Source of the DNA: Felis catus
Taxonomy: Eukaryota
Length of the DNA: 64,000 nucleotides
Direction: 5' to 3'
Assembly (NCBI RefSeq): GCF_018350175.1
Contig: NC_058373.1
Coordinates: forward strand, 111,788,001 to 111,852,000
Shown in pieces: positions 1-10,700 of this stretch (its first letter is position 1; each line of letters starts with the position of its first letter). Made by a program: the position numbers and the translations under genes. Under the pieces are notes generated by a model. The model was not told where the DNA came from. It saw nothing but the letters and a program-made list of their open reading frames with translations, and did no database searches.

Positions 1-399
1 CCCTCCCTCAGAAAAAATAGTCCTTAGGATCAAGTTGGGGGAAAGAATGACGGACCGATCTAATTCAGGATTGGAGGTCCTTTGTATGGGGTGGGCAGAA
101 GCTCTCTGCATCAAGGTGCTATATAATATTACCATGACTTTGTAAAGACGATTATACCTCCTGTCGTTGGAGTGGCTTTTACTCTGCTTACTTCTGGCTC
201 AGTGAGGACCCACAGTATGAAAGGCCTGAAGAGTTTGTGTGATTGAAATGGCATTAAGAAAAGCCCAGAGACTAGAATAAGGGAGAGGAAAGCCCCAGTT
301 CCATCCTCTTCTTGATAGATCACTTCTGGAATGATCTTTCTAAAAATGCAAGTTGGGGTTACAACTTTGAGACATAATGCCCAAACAATTATGGGTACT

Positions 400-590
400 T
401 CGTCCACATTCTAGCGTTCTCAAAGTGGCTACATATGTGGCCTCCATACAAATCTATAGTTCACAGTCATCCCCATACTGCAGATGAGAAAACTGAGACC
501 CAGAGAGGGTAATAGGCTAGCCAGGAGGTAGAGGTTCCAGAACTTAAATACAAGCTCTCTGGTTCCAGGACTGACATTTTTCTACTGTAT
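400..590 (-). mobile_element. MIR SINE fragment
   Basis: MIR core in reverse: catccccatactgcagatgagaaaactgagacccagagaggg. Confidence 0.75.
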
Positions 591-631
591 CAGGAACTGA
601 ACTGCAAGAAGCCCAGAGGCAGGAGGCCAGG

Positions 632-792
632 ACTGAGTATTCTGGAAGCCACATTCCAGAAGGAGCTTTTGAAGAAACTGGGGATGCTCAGCCTGAAATA
701 GAGATGCTTTTATGGGCCCTGTCATATTTGAAACCTGTCATGTGGAAGACAGAGGAGGCTTCCTTACAGCTCTGGAAGGCAGAACTAGGTCT
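632..792 (+). mobile_element. CR1/L3 LINE 3' fragment
   Basis: gaagaaactggggatgctcagcctgaaatagag...atatttgaaacctgtcatgtggaaga...ggcagaactagg resembles the recalled L3 3' region. Confidence 0.7.
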
Positions 793-1172
793 AATCGATT
801 GAAATTATGTATGAAGCTGGAGAATGAATAGAAAACTGTGTCTGAAAGAGTGACAAGGGTTGAGCCACAGAACTGTGTCCAGATAGGTCAACGAAGCAAC
901 GATCCCAGAGCAACAGAGAGCCATCCCAGTCTCCTGGGCAGGTGGCACAGAGGGTCGTAAGCACAGGTGTCTGCAGCTGGACTTTCACCTGCTTTTGTGG
1001 GCCGGCTGTCAGTCTAAAGCACCCGTCCTGCTCGGCTTTGATTCCCCTCAGTGGTTTCTCCCCCGATTTGGGGGCTTGTCCTGGCCCATCAGTTTGGAAA
1101 GTTCAGTTCCGAGCTGACTGCAGACCCCTCCCACTCCCTGACTGGATTGGCCAAAGCCCCTGCCAGGATGGG

Positions 1173-1239
1173 CCACTTAAGACTTAACTTAAGTCTTAAG
1201 TTAAGACTTAAGGTGGAAATCTTAACAGGCTTCCACCTT
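1173..1239. repeat. TTAA-rich overlapping palindromes / inverted micro-triplication
   Basis: ttaagacttaa (1177-1187), its reverse complement ttaagtcttaa (1189-1199), then ttaagacttaa again (1201-1211); also aaggtggaa (1210-1218)/ttccacctt (1231-1239) inverted pair. Confidence 0.95.
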
Positions 1240-1574
1240 TCAGCTATTTTGGTTTTCTCCTGTGCTATGTCTGTAGATACCCTGTAGCTTCCCTCTGCTT
1301 TCTCTTAGGTGCCGAGAGCACCCAGGGCTTGCTGTTGGTGGTGGTTTATCCCCAGTCTGTTTGCATGTGGGGTTCATGGGAATACCCCACCACCTCCTTT
1401 GCTGGCCAATGTGGTCCACGGCCAGGTTTCTTGGTTTTGTTGGTCAGTAGCTCTGTCTGTCGGGACTCAAGAAGGTCCAAAGCCTGTGCTGCCACATCAC
1501 GGTCATCCTGCTGGGACTCTCCGGGCTGCAACAGTCACCTCAGGCTCCTCCTGCTTGGGCTCTCGGGCTAGGGA

Positions 1575-1980
1575 TCTGCTAATTTAATTACAACCAGCTG
1601 TCTTAGAAACCGTCATCAGCACATAATTAAACAACACTTCTCTGAAGGGGCTTGGAGTTACAAAGTAAGTTAAGCTCTGCTAGAACATGACTTAAAAAGA
1701 AACTCCAGAAGATTTAAAAACAAATGCAGGGGATTTTTTTTTTCTTTTTTCACAGTGAGTTATGGTCCTGGGCTGGGTAAGAGATGTCGTTTATCCACAT
1801 TTTGCATTCTTCGCCCCAGTAGAGAACAATTCTCACAGTTGGATGTCCGACTCAGTAATCTGTCGGTTTTGCCCGACTAAAGTCACATCATTGATTGATG
1901 CCAAATCTCGCTCAATTAAAGGTTCATTTTTCTTTTGGCCGTTGGCAAATGCAACATTGATTATGGGTTATTAGCATCCA
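1575..1980. promoter_or_regulatory. Candidate distal enhancer (homeodomain-motif cluster)
   Basis: No recognisable repeat; TAATTTAATTA, ATAATTAA, CAGCTG E-box, TGATTGAT at 1892-1899 (PBX-HOX type), CAATTAA; motif inspection only. Confidence 0.35.
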
Positions 1981-2261
1981 CCCCCTCAGATTTGGAATGT
2001 GCTAGGAGTGTTGGCTTGCATACCAACTACAGGAGCAGCAACACGGCTCCACACGCCTTTCTGTCCTGGGCGCAAGGACACCGGCCAGTGGGTCTGACCG
2101 CAGGGAAGACGAGGGGGCATGCTCAGTCTCCCAGGGAGATTAGAGAAAAGGGAGCTTTTCCCAATATCCATGTCCCTGCCAGCCCTACCCCCCCTCACCC
2201 CTGCCTTTCCAGGCTAAGAAAAATGGGGGTATTTTGTGATGACATTTGGGTTCCTTAACTT

Positions 2262-2420
2262 GTCTATTTATTCATTCATTTGTTTTATTCATTCAACAAG
2301 TATTCCTAAAGACTGGCTTATGGGCAAATGAATACCTCGTTGAGGCTATAGAAGGGCGAGACCCAGTGAGCCGTGTGTGAAAGCAGTCTCTGCTTTGTTG
2401 CAGAAGTTCCTAAGCAGGAT
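2262..2420 (-). mobile_element. L2 LINE 3' end fragment
   Basis: attcattcattt...ttcattcaacaagtatt is the reverse of the L2 (TGAA)n tail. Confidence 0.55.
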
Positions 2421-2764
2421 ATGGAAACTCTGAGCCATGCCTTCCCATCAGGCCCTTCCTCTGAGGTTTTCTGAGGAGACATCAGGCCTGGTCTGCCAAC
2501 GGACTTCACATTTTTTCACTCACGTTCCTCCTCTTTGAGATGCCCCCCACACCCCAACATACTCTGGCCTTGAGGTGTGCCGTGTCTGATTACCACGGCT
2601 TTCCAAGGATGAAAAGGAGGTGCACCTGCCCACAGGCGGAGGCCCCCATGAGGCATGTGCTGCCAGGATGGGGTCTGTGTCCCAGGACTGCTCCTGTGGA
2701 GGTTCCTCTCCCCCCACTCCAGATCGGGCCCACGGGTCTCCGCCACCACCCAGGGCATTTGATG

Positions 2765-3220
2765 GTAGGTCTGCTGGAGCAAATGACCACAAACTCAGTG
2801 GCTGAAAATACCACAGATTTATCATTCACAGGTCTGAAGGTCAGAAGTTCTCTGGTCTAAGATCAAGATGCCGCAGGGCTCTCTGTTCCTTCTGGTGGCT
2901 GTATTTTCCATCTTCTAGAGGCTTCCTGTGTTCCTTGGCTCCTGACCACCTTCCTTCATCCTCAAAGCTAGCGGGGTAGTATCTTCCATCCTCTGCTTTT
3001 GTCTTCACATCCTTCTCTGACTCTGAACCTCCTGCCTCTCTCTTATACGAGGACCCTTGTGACTGGATTCACCTGGGTGATCCGGAATGATTTCCTCTTC
3101 CCCAGGTTCTTAAATTAATCACATCTGCAAAGCCCCTGTGGTTATGTAAGGTAACTTTCACAGGTCCTAGGGATGAGGACGAGGACATTTTTGGGGGGAA
3201 CCATTGTTCTAGCTGCCATA
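2765..3220 (-). mobile_element. MLT1 (MLT1C-like) MaLR solo LTR
   Basis: caaatgaccacaaactcagtggctgaaa...taatcacatctgcaaagcccc...gtaaggtaac...cacaggtcctagggatgaggac...ccattgttctagctgccata. Confidence 0.85.
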
Positions 3221-3232
3221 CTCAGCTCCTTT

Positions 3233-3412
3233 GTTTTAATCCTTTTTATTTACTTTTATTTTTTGCAATTTTTTGTTGTGGTAAAATACACATATACGCC
3301 CCTTTGGAAGCATGTGGGTCTGTGGTATTAAATACATTCATAATGTTGTGCAACTATCACCACCCTCCACGTCCAGAGCTCTTTTCATTTTGTAGAACTG
3401 AAAGCCTGTGTC
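3233..3412 (-). mobile_element. 5'-truncated L1 (L1MB-like) 3' end with TSD
   Basis: T-rich tail plus gtggtaaaatacacata...gttgtgcaactatcaccacc; flanked by cagctccttt at 3223-3232 and 3413-3422. Confidence 0.8.
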
Positions 3413-3467
3413 CAGCTCCTTTTATCCTGACCAAGGCAGATAACTCCTCTGCCCGGCATTCGTCAAG

Positions 3468-3645
3468 ATGATAATAATGAGAGCTAACGCTTAATGAATG
3501 CTTGCCACGCAAATCGCAGGCCACGTAAGAGCTTTAGACACATTTTCTCATTTAATTCCTCCCCAACATCTTAGATAGCTGAGAAAACTGAAGCGTGAGA
3601 GGTTAAACAGCATGCTCAGTATAACCAGACCAGGGGCAGCCGAGC
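3468..3645 (-). mobile_element. MIR SINE
   Basis: gctaacgcttaatgaatgcttgcc...tctcatttaattcctc...gagaaaactgaagcgtgagaggttaa. Confidence 0.75.
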
Positions 3646-6224
3646 AAATAGAAGCCTCTACATGCTGCTTCCCCGGGAGAGAAGGGCTACGGGGACACCA
3701 GGGCCCAGACGGACGAAGAGAGTTGTTCCCAAGTGGCCCCCGGTGGCCGGGGAACTTAAAGGATCTCGTATGAAAGGCAGAAGAAGATAAACTTCTCAGC
3801 CAGCTTTGTGGCCGGTGTCAATTAAACACCATTGCTCTAGGAGGCTGTTAATCAGACACTTCTGTCTGAAAAATAATGCTGCTGAAGTAAGCAGGACTTC
3901 TACAAGTTACAGGAGAACTGTCAAGCTTGTTAGTGGAAATTCCCCCCAGCCCTCCCCCATGAGGCTGCTTTGCTGACGCTGCTGCAAAAAATGTCTCTGT
4001 GTGCTTTTTCCAGCCGTGGTTTCTCGACGGGCCTCTCGTCTCACTGCTTGCTATTAGCAGTGATGGTCCTGTGGGTCTTCAGGAGTCCAATTTTCTTTCT
4101 GCAGGAGAACGAGCAAATCTTCACAAGAACTCCGCAACCCTGTAATCCCGCTGACTGCTGTGTGAAAGATCGGCCAAGAGCTCAGAGTTTAGGGGAATGA
4201 AAAGGGCTCGCAGCCCCTCGCCCTGAAGAACACGAGCCCGTGGAGGACCGAGGAAATGAAAATAAAATGCCCGGTTTGAATAGGGAGCCAAGGAGACAAA
4301 TCTTGTCTGTGGTTCGGTGTTAAATGATGCCCTTAATCCCCAGCTCTTGGGACCTGGCATCTCCGTCGAACTTTGATCAGCCTTGGCTCAGTCTTCACGT
4401 TCCCTGCACTGATGTTCGGGGTTGTTTGCAGGCACAGTAAATATTTGTCCTGTCAGATGGCATTTGGCTCCTCACATGTCTTGTTTAAGAGATAAATGTC
4501 AGGGATTTCTCTCTCTCTCCCTCTCTCTCTTTGGTGGGAACTGCAAGGAGATATACATACGTTAATAACATTCCCCCTTCCCTACCAACTGTGAAGCCCC
4601 AGATAAAGACTTAGATCTTCAGAGTTCTCATATCCTGATTGGGTTTGTGTCAAGGCAAAGTGAAGTCACCCCCACCTCAGTAATATATGTGCCATCGAGA
4701 GCACAGCCTGTTCCAGACCAGAAGCAATTTCTGTTCTGACATGTCTCTGTTATTAAAAAGTTAAGGAAAGTAGGGAGGGGAATACAAAGATTAGATCTTT
4801 CAAAGATGAAACTACAAAGCTAATGGCACTGAGCTATCTGTTCGGAGGGGTGAGGAAATCTGCAGTGACTTCAGCCAGGAGGCTGAAGGAGGAGATATAA
4901 GGAATCCACACGAAGCCTTGACCATGGGGAGGAAAAAGAAGGGGGGGGGGGGAAGAACACTTCTGCCCTATAGATATTAGGTCAAGAATACAGGGATAAA
5001 GGATAATAATCAATTAGAAGGGAGAGGGCATTGGGGTAATGGAAGATCTTCCCCTTTAATTATGCTACAAATTAAAATAACATAATTGGAAATGATGACT
5101 TCATACTTTCATAACTGCATATTCATAAATAGCAAATGATGTGTGGGGAAACGGGCAAGGGGTCTTCTTTGTGTGCTTGTGGGCAACTGGGGCAATGATT
5201 CTGCCTGGCCTTTGGGAGCTTTCTGTAGACTGAGGAAGGGGATATGGTGAAAAGCAGTAAGGGAATGTCCTGATTTTGGAGGAGGGGGTTATGCGCTGAC
5301 AGTAGTCATACTATCCCATTGCCCGGGGAGAGAGTCACATAATGGTAATCATCACTCTTATGACACTTATGTGCCCTCCCCCTGTAACTGGTCCCCTCAC
5401 TAAACCCCCCCCCCCCGTACCCACCCTCTCAAACCCTCTTCGGATGCAGCTATCAAATCCACAAGGCCAGCCCTCCAACAACCCTCATAGTCCTACTCAC
5501 TCAGCAATGAGCTAAGTCTCCCCTATCATCTGTGCCCTTCCCCTTCAGCCTAGTTTGCCATCCTAGGATGTCAGCACTTACCCACAGCCCCCTGGATGCA
5601 GGATACAGCAGCTAAAATCACTGACAAAAGCAATGGGAGTCACAGTGACTGCTTTTGTTGAGCTTTACTTTGGGACTTTGTCCACACGAGAGACAGGCTC
5701 ATTTTTCACCAGCACAAGTTTTACTTGTTTCACTCCATCTGCTCACAAATAATTTCCTCAGAAACAGATATGGGGACCCAGACTTGAATATTTGGCTTGG
5801 TGTAGTTTGGGTCCTTGAACGCCCCATGATCTCTGCTTCTCCCACTGTCCAGTTACTGCTGAGGCTGGGGAAGGATTCACGCGCTGCACAAGTGGGAGTT
5901 AAGGAGCATGATTTGGAGCCTGCTTGGCTCAGAGCCTCTGGGATTTAGACCCATTAAGGTTGGACTCCTCCTGTTTCCTTTTGCAATTTCCCTTGTAACT
6001 TTCCAATTTGAATCTGTTGAAATTGTCCCTAGATTGTACAGGCTTGCTTCAAAAGACTTTTTCCATTGTGAAATAAAAGGAGTTTTTAAAACATGTAAAT
6101 ACTTATGCAAAGTGTATCTTCTCACCACCACTTCCTCCTCCTTAACCCAATCCCTGCCGCTCAGACTGCAGTGGCTCAGAAGATATATGAGGTCACAGAG
6201 GAGCAGGAACCTGGGACAAATGTT

Positions 6225-6510
6225 ACCATGACTACCACTTAGTGAGCACTTACTCTGTGCCAGGAACTATGCCAAGCCCATTATATGCATCATCTCATTT
6301 TCCTCCACAACAACTCTCAGGGCTAGATTATCGTTAATATTTTTATTTTAATAGAGAGATTGTACCAATATCCTGGGTAGTGGAAAGGCAGACTCTGAGG
6401 CCAGAAACCTGGGTTCAAATATTGCCCTGGCACTTGGGCATGTGTCGTCACAGGCATGCTAGGCAACTTCAGCCTGTTCTTCACTTATCAAATGGTAATA
6501 ACAATAATAA
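6225..6510. mobile_element. Two MIR fragments (about 6225-6350 on -, 6375-6510 on +)
   Basis: gagcacttactctgtgccagg...atgcatcatctcatt; then gtagtggaaaggcagactctgaggccagaaacctgggttcaaat. Confidence 0.7.
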
Positions 6511-6679
6511 TGTCCAACAAATCTCGCTGTGTAATTTACTTCTCATGTATATTCCTTATTTCTAGGAAATATATGAGTATAAGGCACATGAGAAGGGCCA
6601 CCAAAATGGTAGGGATTATTTTCTGTTTACTCATTCATTTATTCAACATTTATTCAGTGACTACTCAGTTATTTTATTA

Positions 6680-6920
6680 ACTTTACCCCATAAGACACAG
6701 TGCATAGGGCTTAAGAACTTTTCAGGAGCCTGTGAGAATGTTTGATGCCTAGAATAAAATTAATAACTCCAAGACAGGAAGGTACTTGCTGTAGATTCAT
6801 AATTAATAAATGTTAACATTGAATGTATCACTAAACATGTCAACTAGTCAACTGTTGACAGTTTAACTCTTCTGCAATGTATAAATAATTAACATAATAG
6901 TTTATGGCACAAGAGCAAAG
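6680..6920. mobile_element. hAT-Tip100 (Zaphod/MER115/MER91-like) left portion
   Basis: tttacccataagacacagtgcatagggcttaagaacttttcaggagcctgtgagaatgttt resembles the recalled gcacagtgcctagggcccacga...aaatgttt terminal region. Confidence 0.45.
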
Positions 6921-6939
6921 TGAAGAATTTAACATGTTA

Positions 6940-7150
6940 GGGCGCCTGGGTGGCTCCGTTGGTTGGGCTCTGACTTCAGCTCAGGTCATGATCTGGTGGT
7001 TTGTGGGTTGGAGCCCCACGTCGAGCTCTGTGCTGACAGCTCAGAGCCTGGAGCCTGCTTAGAATTCTCTGTCTCCCTCTCTCTCTGTCCCTTCCCTACA
7101 CGAGCTCTGCTTCTCTCTCTCAAAAAGTAAATAAACTTAAAAAAAAAAAA
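6940..7150 (+). mobile_element. CAN-SINE (SINEC_Fc-type)
   Basis: gggcgcctgggtggctc head, (CT)n, A-tail; 17-bp TSD aagaatttaacatgtta at 6923-6939 and 7151-7167. Confidence 0.97.
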
Positions 7151-7175
7151 AAGAATTTAACATGTTAAAGGATGC

Positions 7176-7625
7176 CTTTTTAAAAAGATAAAACCATGAC
7201 TGTCATATAAATATACAAAATGAATATATGTCAAATAGTTAATTTATTAACTAATGAGGAAATCAGCAAGATGTTACAATTGGTTCAAAGGAGAATTCAA
7301 AGAGCAGAGACATATGTAGGTCATGTGAACTTACAAATGTATGCAAAATTGGCTTTTTCCATTACGGTGGGGGTGGGAAGGGATCAACTGTTCCTCCATC
7401 AGACAGAATTATTTTGCATATTTATAGATAACAATTATTTGCTTTGTTATCATTTTAAAAAATAACAGAATTATAAAATAGTTCTAAGACAATGAAAGGT
7501 TTAAATTCCACAGAATCAGATAAACCAAAACAATGTGCTCTCGATAATACATAGTTTGCCAATGAATACATCCAGCATTTTTTTTTTTTTGATACTCTTT
7601 GGTACATTTCAAAGTCTGTCACAAT
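7176..7625. repeat. Diverged direct repeat copy A (partner at 12446-12878)
   Basis: Shared anchors aagacaatgaaaggt (7486-7500/12750-12764), aatcagataa, catttcaaagtc (7605-7616/12859-12870). Confidence 0.85.
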
Positions 7626-8950
7626 TTTTTCTGACAGTCTCTCCCTCTTTCCTCGTGATTATAGAATCTCCAAGAAAGATTATTCTTGACCACAAAATAA
7701 GATTGATTTCAATTAGGTTTGGCTTGATTGGCTTGATTGTTTACATAAATTCAGCAAGTGTATTCGTGAACATATAGGCTTCCTTAAGTTTGCTTTGCAA
7801 ATCTTGAGCCGCACAGTATCGAACAATTGCTCATGTCATAGAATTAACTTCTGTCTGGGAGTTCTTCTAAGGAGTCTCAGATGGATTTAAAGGCCTGTAC
7901 TATTTACCATCTTGAGAGAGGAAACCAATTCTAGGAAATGGTCTCCACCAAATTTCACTGCCATACCTATATGAATGTGGGTGAATTCCTCTCAAGATTC
8001 TTAAGTTCCCTAAATATCACATGGTTCCTGGTCTGCTAGGAAGTGGTCTTCCTAAACCACCTGAAAGGCTGGGACACCCCCAGCCAGGAGCCAGGCCAGC
8101 TTTCCTGAGGGGGTCTTATAGACGTTAGTTCCATAAGTACAGCCAACCTTTGTTTCTTAAAACAAAGTGGTGGTTGTATTTGACTAAATGAGCACCATTC
8201 TCAAATATAACACTTCTGATAAGGTCCATATTGCACGGTCAACATGTCCAATTATATCCTACTGAAAAGGAGGGCTGCAAACCATGCAAAAAACAAAAGT
8301 GAGGAGACTCTTTCATGTTTCTGAGTTCTGGGGACCCAGTGAGAATCAGCTATCACTTAAAACCTGTTTACTTAAAAACTGTTTACAAAACCAGCACTTA
8401 CTAAATTGTTGTGTGTGATAGAAGTATAAAAGGAAGGAGAAATGGCCTTCTGCTAGATCCAGAAAATAGAACATTAAAAAAATTAACAGTATTCCAGATA
8501 ACCATAATAAAATTTTCCTTTTCAGTTTATTTAGTCTTATAGTGAATTCTTGTTCTACCGGATCTTGGGTTAGCAGTCTCATGAAGCCATTTGCTTCTCA
8601 ACTGAAAAGGGTTCTGGGAATCTTGACTCAGATCATTGGTATAGTCTGAAAGTTGTCTAGAGGATGTCACTTCCTCAGACTGTACCTAAGAGTCTGTTGT
8701 TTGAAATGTCAATCGTTTGAAGCACCTGGTAAAGTCTTTTTCAATGAGATGCTGAGATTCTCCTTCTTTGTTCAAGAAATAAAGTGTGGCCCATACCTTA
8801 TAGCATCACCTTAGGGAAGCAGTAGTTTAAAACAAAAACCATTTGTAGATAGCAAAGACTTAGAATGGCTGTGGTTAATTTATTACTGATAATTTTGGAA
8901 GGAAAAAGGTCTCATGATATGCATAACAAAGATAAAGTCATTAAAAATTT

Positions 8951-9162
8951 AAAATTTTTAAAATGTTTATTTACTGTTGAGAGAGAGAGACAGAGTGCAG
9001 ACAGGAGACGAGCAGAGATAGAGGGAGACACAGAATCAGAAGCAGGCTCCAGGCTCTGAGCTGTCAGCACAGAGCCCAATGTGGGGCTTGAACCCACAAA
9101 CCATGAGATCATGGCCTGAGCCGAAGTCAGATGCTTAACTGGATGAGCAACTCAGGCACCCC
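8951..9162 (-). mobile_element. CAN-SINE
   Basis: Full SINE body in reverse; flanking aagtca(t/c)taaaaa TSD-like repeats at ~8935 and 9163. Confidence 0.95.
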
Positions 9163-9894
9163 AAGTCACTAAAAAAATTTAGACAAACATCTCTACGGAT
9201 GTAGGTTACACTTCTTTCCAAAGAAGCCAGTGAAGGCTGCATTTGATTTATCTAAAAGTATGGATATAAGTTTTATAAAGGAAAAGAATCTTGAGATATA
9301 GCATATAATAATCCTAAGACATAATGTATGCAATATACCAAGAATGCACCAAGAACATCAAATAAAGAGGGACAATAAATCTGGATCTTATTTTTATAAA
9401 AAATATAAATGGGTATCTCCATTGCCATTTATATACCCATGTATATTTCTAACTGAGAACCAATGGCCTAGAAGCCTCTAGATTCAGATTAAAGACATAA
9501 GGTTTTAACTAAGTATTTCAAATGATAACTGATTTGATGACTGATAACACCATACTACTATGCCTTAATATATTAGGCAAAGCATCTCCAGGACACTAAT
9601 AAATATAAGAAAACTTGAAGTATTTCTTAAGAATTTTGGTCAGTGTTTCCTGGGGTAAAGACATATTATAGAAAACCAGAACATTGACAAATTTCCAGGG
9701 ATGTCCCACGAAACATACACTTTCTGAAGTATTTATTTAGTACTATTTTACTTGTACAAATTTAACCTGGGGCTGAAAAACAATATTTGATTATTTAATC
9801 AAAGTAACAATAAAATATTTTTTAAAATAAACATTAGCGGCAATGCAATTGAAAAGAGCCTTACCTCTGTCATACAAGGAAAATTTGTTCTTTT

Positions 9895-10098
9895 ATTAAA
9901 AAAATTTTTAACTGTATTTATTTTGAGAGAAAGAGAGCAAATGGGGTAGGGGCAGAGAGAGAGGGGAGAGAGAATACCAAGCAGGCTGCACTGTCAGTGC
10001 AGAGCCCGATATGGGGCTCGAACCCATGAACCATGAGATCGTGACCTGAGTCAAAACCAAAAGTCGGATGCTTAACCAACTGAGCCACCCCGGCGCCC
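9895..10098 (-). mobile_element. CAN-SINE
   Basis: Ends tgagccaccccggcgccc; TSD ttgttctttt at 9885-9894 and 10099-10108. Confidence 0.95.
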
Positions 10099-10459
10099 TT
10101 GTTCTTTTTTTTTTTTTTTTTTTTTTTTTTCACTTTGAGTAACCAAAAACATAATAAAGTCCACATAAAACACAGAAAATTATTCTGGTAAGGCACAGAA
10201 TCTTTCCTCTCTAGGCAATTTACACAGAAACTAAAAACAAAAAAACCCCACCTTTCATATGGTAAACAAAGGCATTCTCAATAAACTAGATAAGGAAACC
10301 CATCAAAACAGAGTGAACTTTGCTAAGGTTTTGACACATTTCATAACTTCTTTTCAGACTCAGGTATTATTAACAAAAGTAAATAGAATTCACATTCTGA
10401 GTTTTTCCTTTCATTGTCTGCTTTCGTATTCTGGAAGAAACTGACACTTTGTATTAGGA

Positions 10460-10700
10460 TAGATCTCAGGGGATCAAAACAAAATTTTTTATAATACTGA
10501 GATATCATTTATGTAAACATGCAATTTGTTCATTACTACCAGCCTCAAGTTAAGTAATAGACCAGTATTTTTTAAATTCTCAGTTTTAATTGCTAATATG
10601 ATATTGATAGTTATAACCCACATATGCAGAAGCCCTTAGGGGTCCTCAACAAGTCTCAAGAATAAAATGGTCTGGAGACCAACAACATTGAGGACTGATG
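10460..10700 (+). mobile_element. Internally deleted hAT-Charlie (Charlie1b-like) element
   Basis: gatcaaaac...ataatactgaga start; ctcagttttaattgctaatatg...ataacccacat...ggggtcctcaa...gagaccaac end; tattagga/ctttagga possible 8-bp TSD. Confidence 0.75.

Noticed and set aside
1173..1216. piggyBac (TTAA-target) element or footprint
   Set aside because: No CCC..GGG-type termini or element body between TTAA sites, and piggyBac normally excises precisely; template switching fits better.
6940..7030. tRNA-like A/B-box head sequences
   Set aside because: These are the tRNA-derived heads of CAN-SINEs with (CT)n, A-tail and TSD; no intact tRNA gene was seen.
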